Positions 11,037 through 21,212 of a stretch of 64,000 nucleotides of DNA are shown in pieces. This DNA is from Candidatus Falkowbacteria bacterium (GTDB lineage: Bacteria > Patescibacteriota > Patescibacteriia > XYB2-FULL-38-15). Positions within the stretch are counted from its first letter, which is position 1, and each line of letters starts with the position of its first letter. The notes below the pieces were generated by a model. The model saw nothing but the letters and a program-made list of their open reading frames with translations. It did no database searches and was not told the DNA's origin. The stretch spans positions 13,367-77,366 of the forward strand of contig JACRNW010000006.1 in assembly GCA_016214745.1 (NCBI GenBank), read 5' to 3'. The position numbers and the translations under genes are program-made.

Positions 11037-12128
11037 ATGAAGGAATTATTCTCAAAAATAATTGCTTTTGTGAAGAAACAACCGCGCATTTGGCTGGTTG
11101 TTTCTTTGCTTTTAATTTCAGTTTTTGTGGTGGCCGGCGGAGGTTATTTGCTCCTTTCCAGAACTTCTTTTTTGGATTTTTTTTCCAGAAACAGTTCGGC
11201 GCAAGAAATTAGTAATGTGAATTCATCTTCGGAGAACGGATTTTACCGTTTGATTGACGGGGTGGCTGTTTCCGACGAGACAAAAATAAATCCGCCGCTC
11301 TTCGCCGTGCAGATTGAAAACATGGTTGACGCCAGGCCGCTTTCCGGAGTCTCCGGCGCCAGTTTGGTTTATGAAACTTTAGCCGAGGCCGGCATTACGA
11401 GATTGCTCGCGGTTTACGCGGCGGACGACGATGTGCCGGAAATCGGACCGGTCCGAAGCGCGAGACCATACTTTCTTGATTGGGCTGAAGAATATGGCGC
11501 GCTTTACGCCCACTCGGGCGGCAGTCCGGAGGCCTTGCGATTAATTCCGCAATACGACATTTTTGACCTGAATGAATTCGCAAACGGCAGATTTTTTTGG
11601 CGGTCAAAATCAAGATACATGCCGCACAATCTTTATACTTCAGTTGAACTTTTAAATGAAGCTTTCGCGGCGAAGAATGGCGAGGTAAAAATTTTCTCAT
11701 CTTGGCAGTTTAAAAATGAAGTTTTGGCGGAAGCGCGGCCGAGCGAAGAAAAACGGGCAAAAATTTATTTTTCCACAAAAACCTACGAAGTCGGCTGGCA
11801 ATATGACCGAGAGGCAAATGACTATTTGCGTTATCAGGCCGGCGTCATTCAGCAAGATAGAGACGGTTCCGAAGTTCGGGCAAAAAATATTATTGTTCAG
11901 CTTACTGACGTGATTGTTTTGGACGATGTCGGACGAAAAGATATTGAAACGCAGGGGAGCGGCGACGCGATTGTTTTTCAGGATGGCGTTAGAATCGACG
12001 GAACTTGGCGGAAAGAAACGCGGGGCGACCGGACGAAATTTTTTGATGCGACTGGCGCGGAAATAAAATTCAACCCGGGAGTGACCTGGGTTGAAGTAGT
12101 GCCGATAGATACTGAGGTCGAGTTTTAA
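11037..12128 (+). CDS. DUF3048 domain membrane-anchored protein
   Basis: ENMVDARPLSG, AEAGITR, IGPVRSARPYF, HSGGSP, PHNLY. Confidence 0.85.
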   Translation: MKELFSKIIAFVKKQPRIWLVVSLLLISVFVVAGGGYLLLSRTSFLDFFSRNSSAQEISNVNSSSENGFYRLIDGVAVSDETKINPPLFAVQIENMVDARPLSGVSGASLVYETLAEAGITRLLAVYAADDDVPEIGPVRSARPYFLDWAEEYGALYAHSGGSPEALRLIPQYDIFDLNEFANGRFFWRSKSRYMPHNLYTSVELLNEAFAAKNGEVKIFSSWQFKNEVLAEARPSEEKRAKIYFSTKTYEVGWQYDREANDYLRYQAGVIQQDRDGSEVRAKNIIVQLTDVIVLDDVGRKDIETQGSGDAIVFQDGVRIDGTWRKETRGDRTKFFDATGAEIKFNPGVTWVEVVPIDTEVEF

Positions 12129-12137
12129 TTTTAATTT

Positions 12138-12212
12138 CCGTAATTACCCAGTTACCCAATTACTTAATTACAATCTCGTAATTAAGTAACTAATAGTAAC
12201 TAAGTAATTAAA
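12138..12212. repeat. Degenerate 8-mer inverted-arm repeat (TAATTACC/GTAATTAA family)
   Basis: Same family at 36235-36333 and 54313-54358. Confidence 0.55.
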
Positions 12213-12273
12213 TTATTTTTTGGTCTCGATTTGTAATATAATAATTCGATCTCGGCCGGCGAGATCTTTTTTT

Positions 12274-12303
12274 ACCCCCACACCAATGCATTGGTGTGGG
12301 GGT
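12274..12303. repeat. Perfect 30-bp palindrome between convergent genes
   Basis: ACCCCCACACCAATGCATTGGTGTGGGGGT. Confidence 0.75.
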
Positions 12304-12337
12304 TTATTTCTCTTTGACTTATGACAGAGGCGCAGTT

Positions 12338-13234
12338 TTATATTTTAAAAATAACAACTCTATTTCTTCCCGCCAGGTCTTGTTTAATCTTTATTTTCGC
12401 GGCGGGAAAACGGCGCTTGATTAGTTTTGTGATAGATTTTTTTTGCGATGGGTCAATTTCGAAGAAACATGAAATATGAAACTTAAAACTTGAAACTTGA
12501 AAATTTTTGATTTGTTTTAGGAGTTGGCGGTAGTAATTGAGGCCGTCAGAACCGCCGTCCAGAGCTTGCTTCGGTTCATATTTTTTAATTTCCGGTTGAG
12601 TATGTCGCCACTGCGTGGTAGTGAGGTATGGCAAATTGGCAACGATTATTAAGTTGGAGTAGCGCCCGTAAGGGCGCGCTTGTGACGCAGCCTCACGGCT
12701 GCTATTCCGCGATGGAATAGTCATCAATGGCTCAAGCAAATTGCCGTGTAGCAAAGTAACGGCGACTTTATGATGAAGAATATTTTTTCGCGCTACTTTT
12801 AACGCCGCCGCCGAAATTTCTGTGGCGAAGATTTTTGCTTTGGGAAGATGGTGGGCGAGTGTTATGGCGATGGCGCCGCTTCCGGTTCCGACATCAATGA
12901 TTGCAGTTGGATTTTTATCTATTGCGGCTTCAACTAATGTTTCCGTTTCGGGGCGGGGGATTAGAACATTTTTATCAACAAAAAAATCCAGGCCGTAAAA
13001 ATATTTGTGGTCCGTGAGGTAGGCGATTGGTTCATGCCGTACTCGCCGAGCAATAAGTTTTTTAAATTTAGCCAGTTGTCCCGCGGCCAATTTTTTTTTA
13101 GGATGCGCGTACAAAAATTCTTTTGGTTTTTTTGTAACAAAAGCTAAAAGAATCTCTGCATCCAAGGCAGGGGAGGAAATTTTATTTTTTTGTAAAATTT
13201 TTATTGCCTCAATGAGCGATTGCTTGATAGTCAT
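12338..13234 (-). CDS. prmC: Release factor glutamine methyltransferase PrmC/HemK, with two in-frame repeat insertions
   Basis: EPIAYL, VLIPRPETE, DVGTGSG, NLPY, ALDGG; start reassigned to MTIKQ at 13234. Confidence 0.93.
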   Translation of the reverse strand: MTIKQSLIEAIKILQKNKISSPALDAEILLAFVTKKPKEFLYAHPKKKLAAGQLAKFKKLIARRVRHEPIAYLTDHKYFYGLDFFVDKNVLIPRPETETLVEAAIDKNPTAIIDVGTGSGAIAITLAHHLPKAKIFATEISAAALKVARKNILHHKVAVTLLHGNLLEPLMTIPSRNSSREAASQARPYGRYSNLIIVANLPYLTTTQWRHTQPEIKKYEPKQALDGGSDGLNYYRQLLKQIKNFQVSSFKFHISCFFEIDPSQKKSITKLIKRRFPAAKIKIKQDLAGRNRVVIFKI

Positions 13235-13316
13235 AGCGTTATTATAACATAAAAAAAGGCCTGAGCACTTGCGCACTCAGGCACCTCCTTGGAATTCGTT
13301 CCGCGGTGGGCTACGT

Positions 13317-13853
13317 TCAGGTGGGCTTGCCGGCGGTGGGCTCGACGACCTCCAGCTCCTCCTCGACGACCTCGGCTTCCGGAGCGTCAGCTTCTTCCGT
13401 GGCGGCTTTCGTGGCCTCCGCTCGGCTCTCGGTGACACAAGCGTCGAGCTCACGGTAGGGGAAAGCGTTGACGAGGTTGCTCCACGTGACGGGGTGACCG
13501 TCGGAGTCTTCCGTGTGGAGGAACTCCTCGAAAGCCGTCACAGTTTCATCGTGAGGGATTCGCTTGAACAGCTCGTCGACGAACAACTTGAAGTCCTTGG
13601 TGGCCGCCTCGAAGAGAGTCAGATTGTCCTCCACGCTTCCATGCCAGCCGGCGTAGAAGGGTCCGACGATCTTCGCGAAGCCGTGCAGTCCGACGAGACG
13701 CTTCAGGCCGGCGACGAAGCTCGGCTTCAGGCCCTCGCCGGGGATGGCCAGGATCTTGGCCACGATGTCCTCGACCCTCAGGAACCCCGTCAGGTAAGCC
13801 TTCTCCAGGCCGTCCGCAAGAAATACCTTCGCCATTTCCCGTCTGTCTTCCAT
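13317..13853 (-). CDS. GC-rich hypothetical protein (islet gene)
   Basis: Start MEDRREM with AAGGA SD; promoter TTGACA(13946-13941)-17-TAATGT; strongly GC3-biased codons. Confidence 0.65.
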   Translation of the reverse strand: MEDRREMAKVFLADGLEKAYLTGFLRVEDIVAKILAIPGEGLKPSFVAGLKRLVGLHGFAKIVGPFYAGWHGSVEDNLTLFEAATKDFKLFVDELFKRIPHDETVTAFEEFLHTEDSDGHPVTWSNLVNAFPYRELDACVTESRAEATKAATEEADAPEAEVVEEELEVVEPTAGKPT

Positions 13854-13956
13854 GGTTTTCCTTCGCTTGCCTTTGCCCGCGACACGCGGGGAATTTTGGC
13901 AAGACCTTTCTACCCGCACATTAGTTTAAAAAATTTTGTTTGTCAAGATAAAAAAA

Positions 13957-14105
13957 GAGCCCGCGGACTGCCGGGAGGGGGTGGGAGGTCTAAGACCTTT
14001 CCACGCGGCAGTACGCGGGCTTCGCGCCGGGGCTCTCCTGTGGTTTCGGGAGGGGCGCGAATTTGGACGGAGAACGAGCGGGTTAGGAACTCGCAGCTCT
14101 CACGT
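13957..14105. other. Three consecutive GC-rich hairpins (terminator or 3' structured RNA)
   Basis: GAGCCCGCG...CGCGGGCTT long stem followed by two more stems; U-tract on the minus strand. Confidence 0.45.
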
Positions 14106-14122
14106 TGTTCGGGGGTGGACTA

Positions 14123-14335
14123 CTACTGGTCGGTGCCGTGAAGGCGGTATTCGCGCGCCTTCCGCCTGGCTCCTTCGGCTTGGCGGCGTTCCTCCTCGTC
14201 GTCGGGGATGAACCCGTCGGCGCGGCGATGATTCGGCCGACGCCTCTCGATCACGAACGGCCCTCCGTCCGGAATGATGCGAGATCCGTCGCGCGAGAGA
14301 GGCGTGCCATCGTGCATGAAAACTCCCTTTGACAT
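14123..14335 (-). CDS. Small GC-rich hypothetical protein
   Basis: MSKGVFMHDG..., preceded by GAGGAGG SD. Confidence 0.5.
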   Translation of the reverse strand: MSKGVFMHDGTPLSRDGSRIIPDGGPFVIERRRPNHRRADGFIPDDEEERRQAEGARRKAREYRLHGTDQ

Positions 14336-14466
14336 CCCTGTCCTCCTCAACCTTCCCTACGATCTCTATTGACAACTCGTCCCGTCCATCGGGCCGAGAT
14401 GTAGGGCCACCTTCCTTGCGTTTTGACGCGTGTCAACGGCGCAAAGCCACCCTGTTTGTTGATTTC

Positions 14467-14528
14467 ATAATATTACAAAAAGATTAATTTGTCAACCCCC
14501 TTGACAAATTTTTTAATTATGATAGAGT
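14467..14528. promoter_or_regulatory. Back-to-back sigma70 promoters
   Basis: TTGTCAA-CCCCC-TTGACAA; plus strand TTGACA-16-TAGAGT with TG; minus strand TTGACA-16-TATTAT. Confidence 0.6.
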
Positions 14529-14533
14529 ATTAC

Positions 14534-14857
14534 GGCAAGGGTAATGGGGAGTCCTGTTCGGCTGATGCCAGCAGCGCACTGGCGTCATGGGTAATCTTTT
14601 TTCATCCCAAATCTAGAGCCCCTGGTTGGCGAACAGCGCGTTGATGCGCGGCCGACCTTGAGGCAAAGGACCCACGGGGTGGTCAGCAGGAACCCGGTCC
14701 GCGAGCTGCCCGTGAAGCAGACGTGGACTGAAATCTCCCCCGCGTTTTCGATCCTCCAAATCCGCTTTTAGCGGGTAAGGAGGTCACCCTTCTTTGCACA
14801 CCGCTACGTTTCGCGTTGTGCCTGTCGGTCGAACACCTGTTCGGCCGACTCTTTTTT
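14534..14857 (+). ncRNA. Unassigned ~320-nt highly structured RNA
   Basis: Promoter upstream, terminator at 14824-14857, no ORF of 60 aa or more, many nested helices with G-U pairs on the plus strand. Confidence 0.6.
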
Positions 14858-14903
14858 ATATCAAAATTTATATCAAAAAACCGGCCTTGCGGCCAGTCAA
14901 TTT

Positions 14904-15078
14904 TCCCCTCTTAAGGTAAGAGGGGCTGGGCCTGCCCGCAACGCCAGCAACCTGCCCGCTAATGCAAGCATAGCGTTGCAGGCGGGGCTGGCTTGCGTGG
15001 CGGGCGGGGGCGTTATGAGCGGCGATTTTAAAATCCACGGTTCATAACGCCACCCAACCCCCCCTTATCTTAAGGGGA
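14904..15078. repeat. Nested REP/REPIN composite, copy A
   Basis: 14905-15018 matches the reverse complement of the copy at 33021-33197 with one mismatch. Confidence 0.85.
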
Positions 15079-16122
15079 GGGGTTCATTGTTTCTTTTTTC
15101 AACACTTCAATGATCGGGTCAAGTTCGCCATCCATCACGTTATTTATACTATGCCAACTTTCTTTAACGCGGTGATCGGAAACGCGGTCTTGAGGAAAAT
15201 TATAAGTTCTGATTTTTTCCGCGCGCATGGCCGAACCGATCTGCGAACGTCGCGCCGCGACTTCCGCCGCCTGGCGTTTTTCCTGCTCCATTACAAAAAG
15301 TCGGGCGCGCAAAACTTGCATGGCTTTTTCCCGATTTTGCTGCTGGGAACGTTCGTCTTGGCAGGCGACAACAAGGCCCGACGGAATATGAGTAATACGC
15401 ACGGCGGAATATGTCGTTTGCACGCTCTGCCCGCCATGGCCGCCGGATAAAAATGTATCAACGCGCAAATCTTTTGGTTCAATTTTAATATCAATTTCTT
15501 CAGCTTCAGGAAGGACGGCGACGGAAGCGGTTGAAGTATGAACCCGGCCGCTTTTTTCCGTTTCCGGAACGCGCTGAACGCGATGCACGCCGCTTTCAAA
15601 TTTTAAATTTCCCCAAGCACCTTTTCCGATAACAGAAAAAATAATTTCTTTAAAACCTCCAAGGTCAGTGCGGTTGGCCGAGATCAATCTTGTCTGCCAG
15701 CCCTTGCGCTCGGCAAAGCGCGAGTACATTCGGAAAAGTTCGGCGGCAAAAATTGCGGCTTCATCGCCGCCGGCGCCAGCCCGGATTTCCACAATAATAT
15801 TTCTTTTGTCCAACGGATCTTTCGGCGTCAGTTCTTCTTTGATTTCCGCTTCAAGCGCCGACTTTTCTTGCCTAATTTTTTCCAATTCTTCTTTGGCAAT
15901 GACAGCCAATTCGGGAATGTCTTGCGCAGCAACGGTTTCCGTGTCAGTTTCTTCCTTTTCCAGTTTATGAAATTTATTTATTTTTTCCATTACTTCTTTT
16001 AAGTCGCTGTATTCCCGCGAAACGGTTTTCAGTTTTTCCGGATTAGAAACCACCTCGGGGCGGGCGAGTTCGGCCTCGAGTTCGGCAAAACGTTTTTCAG
16101 CTTTAGCGATTTCAGGAATCAT
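15070..16122 (-). CDS. prfA: Peptide chain release factor 1
   Basis: GGQ motif, PET tripeptide in [17 protein letters not shown]. Confidence 0.97.
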   Translation of the reverse strand: MIPEIAKAEKRFAELEAELARPEVVSNPEKLKTVSREYSDLKEVMEKINKFHKLEKEETDTETVAAQDIPELAVIAKEELEKIRQEKSALEAEIKEELTPKDPLDKRNIIVEIRAGAGGDEAAIFAAELFRMYSRFAERKGWQTRLISANRTDLGGFKEIIFSVIGKGAWGNLKFESGVHRVQRVPETEKSGRVHTSTASVAVLPEAEEIDIKIEPKDLRVDTFLSGGHGGQSVQTTYSAVRITHIPSGLVVACQDERSQQQNREKAMQVLRARLFVMEQEKRQAAEVAARRSQIGSAMRAEKIRTYNFPQDRVSDHRVKESWHSINNVMDGELDPIIEVLKKETMNPSP

Positions 16123-16221
16123 AAATTATTTAAACATCTAAACATTTAAACATTTTAACATAAATTCTAACATAAAAACATGATAACAAAAACGTTACCA
16201 TGTTTTATGCAAATTGAATAG

Positions 16222-16479
16222 CTACTTTGTTTTTTTGGCGCGCGGCTTCTTTTCTTTTTTCGTCGCGGAAATGGCCGCCTTCTTTTCCATTTTTTCTTTG
16301 AATTTTTCAACGCGTCTCGCCGAGTCAACAAGTTTCTGTTTGCCGGTATAGAACGGATGGCAGGCGGAACACAACTCAACCTTGATTTCTTTCATGGTTG
16401 ATCCAACAGTAAAAGCGTTGCCGCAGGCGCAGGTTACTTTTGCTTTTGGATAATATTCTGGGTGGAGGTCTTTTTTCAT
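16222..16479 (-). CDS. rpmE: 50S ribosomal protein L31 (Zn-binding type)
   Basis: [23 protein letters not shown]. Confidence 0.97.
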   Translation of the reverse strand: MKKDLHPEYYPKAKVTCACGNAFTVGSTMKEIKVELCSACHPFYTGKQKLVDSARRVEKFKEKMEKKAAISATKKEKKPRAKKTK

Positions 16480-16488
16480 AATTATTGA

Positions 16489-16923
16489 TTATTGTTTTTG
16501 ATTAATATCTTGTTCTTTTTGATTATGCAGGAATTTGGACCTTTGTGTCAAGGCGAAGATGGAAAGAAGGGCAATGTAGGTCGCCGTGAATTCGGAAGGC
16601 ATTTTGTATTTTCCCCCGGAGACGATAGCAGTAATGATAAAGAAAAAAATTAAAATTGTCCAGAGAATAACAAAAAATTCGCCTTTGCGTTTTGAAAAAT
16701 GAGAATCTTGCCAGCGGTCAAATTCTTTGGTCCCGGCGTAAAGGCCTAGGATAGAGATATAAATAATGGAAATTGCCGCGGCGTATCCGCTGAATTTATC
16801 GTTAGTGAAAAAATCAAACATGAAAAACCCCATGGACGCGAAAGTCCAGAGATTGGTCAATTGCCTCCAGATTTTGTCGTTTGATTTTTCCGTTTGTAGC
16901 GGGTCCATATTTTTGACGAACAA
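16489..16923 (-). CDS. Four-TM membrane protein
   Basis: Hydrophobic helices with a KEFDRW motif; true start may be 16908. Confidence 0.65.
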   Translation of the reverse strand: MFVKNMDPLQTEKSNDKIWRQLTNLWTFASMGFFMFDFFTNDKFSGYAAAISIIYISILGLYAGTKEFDRWQDSHFSKRKGEFFVILWTILIFFFIITAIVSGGKYKMPSEFTATYIALLSIFALTQRSKFLHNQKEQDINQKQ

Positions 16924-16971
16924 TCGCGTCTTTAATTTAGCACAGATAGGTTAAAGAATCAAGAGGCCCCC

Positions 16972-17110
16972 TTGCATTATTTTTAAATTCGTGTAAAATA
17001 AGCATAAAGTCATTAATTAACAGTAATCCCACATGTTTTGCCTTTAAAACTTGCTCCTGATCCGGCGCTCGCCGGACCCGCAAGTTTTGGCGAAACAGAG
17101 GCAAAAAGGA
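16972..17110 (+). promoter_or_regulatory. rpsB promoter and structured S2 leader
   Basis: TTGCAT-16-TAAAAT; TTTTGCCT...AGGCAAAA stem enclosing AAAACTTGC/GCAAGTTTT. Confidence 0.55.
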
Positions 17111-17117
17111 AAAAATT

Positions 17118-17885
17118 ATGCCGGAAATCCCGACAATGTTGGAAATGCTCCAGGCCGGTGTTCACTTTGGACACAAGGCCTCAAAATGGCATCCAAAAAT
17201 GAAGCCGTACATTTTTGGAGAACGGAGCGATGTCCACATCATCAACTTAGAAGAAACGGCGAAAAAATTAAAAGAGGCGTTAGATTTTATTAAAAAAACA
17301 ACAGCCGCGGGCGGAGTTGTTCTTTTTGTTGGTTCAAAAGAACAGGCCAAAGAAATTGTGAAACGCTACGCCAAAGACGCCGGCGCGCCCTACGTTGTAA
17401 CCCGCTGGCTCGGCGGAACTTTTACGAATTTCAAAACCATCAAGAGCGTGACCGACCGGTTTACCGATTTAAAAAACAAAACGGCGACCGGCGGACTTGC
17501 CAAATATACTAAAAAAGAGCAACTGAATTTCCAAAAAGAAATTGTGAAATTGGAAGAATTGGTTGGCGGCATAGAAACTTTGAAGAAATTACCGGAAGCG
17601 ATTTTTGTCATTGACGTCAGGGCGGAAAAAACCGCTGTGGCCGAAGCGAGAAAGAAAAAAGTGCCGGTCGTGGCGCTCTGCGACACAAACATTAATCCGG
17701 ACGACGTTGATTATCCGATTCCTTCAAATGACGATGCGGTTAAAACAATTGAAATGATGGTTGGTCTTGCCGCCGCGGCCGTGAAAGAGGGGAAAGCGGA
17801 GTTTGAAACGAAAAAAGTTTCCGCTCCGGAAAAACCGGCGGCTCCGGCCGTGAAAGCAGAAGAAGTGAAGGAAGAGAAAAAATAA
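17118..17885 (+). CDS. rpsB: 30S ribosomal protein S2
   Basis: AGVHFGH, WHPKMKPYI, RWLGG, IPSNDD. Confidence 0.98.
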   Translation: MPEIPTMLEMLQAGVHFGHKASKWHPKMKPYIFGERSDVHIINLEETAKKLKEALDFIKKTTAAGGVVLFVGSKEQAKEIVKRYAKDAGAPYVVTRWLGGTFTNFKTIKSVTDRFTDLKNKTATGGLAKYTKKEQLNFQKEIVKLEELVGGIETLKKLPEAIFVIDVRAEKTAVAEARKKKVPVVALCDTNINPDDVDYPIPSNDDAVKTIEMMVGLAAAAVKEGKAEFETKKVSAPEKPAAPAVKAEEVKEEKK

Positions 17886-17961
17886 TTTTTATAAAAACAT
17901 ATAAACATCTAAACATACAAACAATTGTTTAAATGTTTAAATGTTTGAATATTTAAATATT

Positions 17962-18552
17962 ATGATCGTAAATCCAAAACTTGTTTCCGAGCTCCGCAAT
18001 GAAACCGGCGCCGGCGTTGTTGAATGCAAAAACGCCCTGGACGAAGCGAACGGAGACATCGCAAAAGCGATTGAAATTTTGAGAAAAAAGGGTGAGATTA
18101 AAGCCGCGAAAAAATCGGCCGAACGGACAACCAAAGAAGGTTTGATTCATGCTTATGTCCACGCGAACGGCAAAGTCGGAGCGATGATTGAAATGAGTTG
18201 TGAAACTGATTTTGTGGCGCGGAATGAAGAATTTCAGGCTTTGATTCATGATGTCGCGATGCAAGTCGCGGCGACTAATCCGTTGTACGTAAAACCCGAA
18301 GACGTGCCGGAAGAAGTGGTTGCAAAAGAAAAACAGATGTATCTTGAAGAATTGCAGGGGCAGGAAAAACCGCCGATGGTAGTGGAAAAAATTCTCGCGG
18401 GAAAATTGGAAAAATATTTTGAAGATGTTTGTCTCTTAAACCAGCCGTTCGTTAAAGACGAGGATATTACAATTGGAGAATTAATAAATCAAAAAATCGC
18501 CAAGATCGGCGAGAAGATTGAAGTGAAGAAATTTGTTAGGTTTCAGATTTAA
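17962..18552 (+). CDS. tsf: Elongation factor Ts (short form)
   Basis: LRNETGAG, CETDFVA; start moved to 17962 because the upstream codons lie in a repeat. Confidence 0.96.
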   Translation: MIVNPKLVSELRNETGAGVVECKNALDEANGDIAKAIEILRKKGEIKAAKKSAERTTKEGLIHAYVHANGKVGAMIEMSCETDFVARNEEFQALIHDVAMQVAATNPLYVKPEDVPEEVVAKEKQMYLEELQGQEKPPMVVEKILAGKLEKYFEDVCLLNQPFVKDEDITIGELINQKIAKIGEKIEVKKFVRFQI

Positions 18553-18555
18553 TTT

Positions 18556-19347
18556 ATGAAGATAGTTGAGGTCCAATTTACGCCGTGGGGAAGGATTTAC
18601 GACTTTGATGCCGGAGAATTCAATTTTCCGATAGGTGATTTTGTGGTTGTGAAAACAGATCTCGGCGTGGAAATGGGCAAAGTGGTTGGCGCGAAAGAAA
18701 TTGGCGCGAAAGAAATTGAAACGGCCAAACTTGAAATCAAACCGATTTTCAGAAAGGCCAGCACGGCCGACATGATAAAATTCAAAGAAAAAGAAGGTCA
18801 GAAGAAAGAAGCGCTTTCGGTCTGCAAGCAGTTGGTTAAAAAATACAATCTGCCGATAAAATTAATCGACGTCCACTTTTCTTTTGATGGTGGGCGTGTT
18901 ACTTTTGCTTTTGTGGCCGACGGACGGGTGGATTTCCGCGATTTAGTCAAAGATTTGACCAGAATTTTTCAGAAATCAATCCGCCTTCAGCAGTTAGGTA
19001 TCCGCGACGAAGCAAAAATTTCCGGCGATGTCGGCGCTTGCGGCCGGAATCTTTGCTGCCAAAAATTTAAAAAAGATTTGGGAAATATTTCTTCGGATTT
19101 GGCCGACCTCCAGCAAATTGCTCATCGCGGTTCGGACCGTCTGACCGGTGTTTGTGGGCGGCTGATGTGTTGTTTGGCGTATGAGCAGAAAACTTACGAA
19201 GAAGCGGTAAAAAAACTTCCGCCGGTTGGCACGAACGTCCGGACGGACCGCGGCCGGGGAAAAGTAATCGGCTGGCATACCCTAAAACAGTCAGTTGATG
19301 TAAGATTAGAAGAGGGGACAATTATTGAAGTTCCCATCAAAAAATAA
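18556..19347 (+). CDS. ricT: PSP1-domain protein RicT/YaaT
   Basis: [34 protein letters not shown]. Confidence 0.88.
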   Translation: MKIVEVQFTPWGRIYDFDAGEFNFPIGDFVVVKTDLGVEMGKVVGAKEIGAKEIETAKLEIKPIFRKASTADMIKFKEKEGQKKEALSVCKQLVKKYNLPIKLIDVHFSFDGGRVTFAFVADGRVDFRDLVKDLTRIFQKSIRLQQLGIRDEAKISGDVGACGRNLCCQKFKKDLGNISSDLADLQQIAHRGSDRLTGVCGRLMCCLAYEQKTYEEAVKKLPPVGTNVRTDRGRGKVIGWHTLKQSVDVRLEEGTIIEVPIKK

Positions 19348-19379
19348 TTTTAAAAAAATTAATTAAATTTGGAGGAAAT

Positions 19380-20390
19380 ATGCCAAAAATCAAAGTCGCG
19401 ATCAACGGTTTTGGCCGAATTGGCAGACAATTTTTTGCCATTGCCCAAGACCATCCGAATCTTGATGTCGTCGCGGTAAACGACCTAACCGATCCGGCGA
19501 CCCTGGCTCATCTTTATAAATATGATTCCGTCTACGGCGTGCATCCGGGAAAAGTGTCGGCCGGCAAAGATTTTATCCAGGTTGACGGACAGAAAATAAA
19601 AATTTTTGCGGAAAAAGATCCGGCCGCATTGCCCTGGAAAAAATTGGGCGTTGATGTGGTAGTTGAATCAACCGGTATTTTCACCGACCTGGAAGGCGCC
19701 TCCGCCCACATAAAAGCCGGTGCCAAGAAAGTGGTGGTTTCCGCGCCATGCAAAGGCGAGGTGCCGACTTTCGTCATCGGTTGTAATGAGGAAAAATATA
19801 ATCCTAAAACTGAACACGTAATTTCCATGGCATCTTGCACAACAAACGCCATGGCGCCGATCGCAAAAGTTCTGAATGATAAGTTCAAAATTTTAAAAGG
19901 CACGATGACAACCTGCCACAGCTATACGAATGATCAGCGATTGCTTGATTTGCCGCATAAAGATCTTCGCCGCGCCAGAGCCGCCGCTCTGTCCATGATT
20001 CCGACGACAACCGGCGCAGCCAAGGCGGTGGAAAAAGTTATTCCGGATTTGAAAGGAAAATTAAACGGTTTGGCCATTCGCGTGCCGACGCCAATAGTTT
20101 CTTTACTTGATTTTTCTTTGGTGGTGGGAAAAAACGTGACGGTAGATGAAGTGAACAACGCTCTTCGCACCGCCGCAGCCAAAGATTTGAAAAATATTTT
20201 AATGGTGAGCGATGAACCGCTCGTTTCAGTTGATTTTAAAAAAACAACTTTTTCTTCCATCGTTGACGCGGAATTAACAATGGTTGTCGGAGAAAATTTG
20301 ATAAAAGTGATTGCCTGGTATGATAATGAATGGGGTTACAGCACGCGGCTCGTGGAATTCGCGGAAATGGTGGGAGAAAAATTGAAGTAG
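19380..20390 (+). CDS. gap: Glyceraldehyde-3-phosphate dehydrogenase type I
   Basis: [23 protein letters not shown]. Confidence 0.97.
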   Translation: MPKIKVAINGFGRIGRQFFAIAQDHPNLDVVAVNDLTDPATLAHLYKYDSVYGVHPGKVSAGKDFIQVDGQKIKIFAEKDPAALPWKKLGVDVVVESTGIFTDLEGASAHIKAGAKKVVVSAPCKGEVPTFVIGCNEEKYNPKTEHVISMASCTTNAMAPIAKVLNDKFKILKGTMTTCHSYTNDQRLLDLPHKDLRRARAAALSMIPTTTGAAKAVEKVIPDLKGKLNGLAIRVPTPIVSLLDFSLVVGKNVTVDEVNNALRTAAAKDLKNILMVSDEPLVSVDFKKTTFSSIVDAELTMVVGENLIKVIAWYDNEWGYSTRLVEFAEMVGEKLK

Positions 20391-20418
20391 CAAGTATTAA
20401 GTATAAAGTAGCAAGTAT

Positions 20419-20445
20419 AAAAGTCCGCCAGAGGCGGACTTTTTT
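20419..20445 (+). terminator. Terminator after gap
   Basis: AAAAGTCCGCC-AGA-GGCGGACTTTTTT. Confidence 0.75.
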
Positions 20446-20498
20446 GTCGTTGTTTTATGTTATAATAATATAATAGAATTATAATATATAGAATATTT

Positions 20499-21122
20499 AT
20501 GTTTTACCGCGCAATGAGAATTATTTTTTGGTCGGCTTTTTGGTCGGCCTTTGTTATGGCCGCCTTTTTCGGATGGCAAAAAGACGTGTTTGGCGTCGTA
20601 ACTTTTCTTTTGGGGGCCGTGGGTTTATTATTTTTATTTTTATTTCAAAAATCAAAATTATTTTTAAAATATTATAACCCCTCGTTCGGCGACACCCTTC
20701 TCGGGTTTAGCGGCATAATTTTCTTAATTGGCGATCTTGGAAATTTATACCTTTATGATAATTGGGCTTCTTATTGGTTTGGGTTTGACACCGTGGCTCA
20801 TTTTGCCATTCCTGCGCTTTTTATGATTGTGGGTGCTATGCTCTATGAACTTTTGCGGATAAGACGTGGCGTACCAAAAGCAGTTGAGGTAATTTTTGTT
20901 TGCGCTGTAACGGTCGTAGCATTTTCTTTTTTGTGGGAATTTTTTGAAAAACAAAGCGACGTTTGGTGGAGTACAAAAATGTTTTGGAATCCAACTCGAC
21001 CGATTGCCGTTGATACGGCCAGTGATTTAATCGCGGATTTTTACGGCGTGTTTGTGGGCGGCATTTTAATTTTTAAAAATTGGATTGGCTGGAATAAAAA
21101 ATGGCTGAAGAAAAACAGTTAA
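20499..21122 (+). CDS. Multi-pass membrane protein (DUF2238/VanZ-like)
   Basis: FDTVAHF, WEFFE, DTASDL motifs in a TM context. Confidence 0.55.
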   Translation: MFYRAMRIIFWSAFWSAFVMAAFFGWQKDVFGVVTFLLGAVGLLFLFLFQKSKLFLKYYNPSFGDTLLGFSGIIFLIGDLGNLYLYDNWASYWFGFDTVAHFAIPALFMIVGAMLYELLRIRRGVPKAVEVIFVCAVTVVAFSFLWEFFEKQSDVWWSTKMFWNPTRPIAVDTASDLIADFYGVFVGGILIFKNWIGWNKKWLKKNS

Positions 21123-21212
21123 CATTTAACAGTTAACAATTAACAGGCGATGACGGGTGCGGGTTTATGCCCGTTCTTTTTTATGTTATAATGTTTTAAT
21201 GTTAAAAATTTT

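Noticed and set aside
13269-14141. 290-aa plus-strand ORF and other long ORFs antisense to GC-rich or housekeeping genes (e.g. 2097-2531, 32489-32950, 40547-41089, 49209-49754)
   Set aside because: Shadow ORFs: SD sites, promoters and protein motifs support the opposite strand.
14534-14857. RNase P RNA, tmRNA, SRP RNA, riboswitch or DGR template
   Set aside because: I found no GAGGAAAGUCC, tRNA-like acceptor/T arm, SRP domain IV motif, downstream co-oriented gene or AAC-rich tract.
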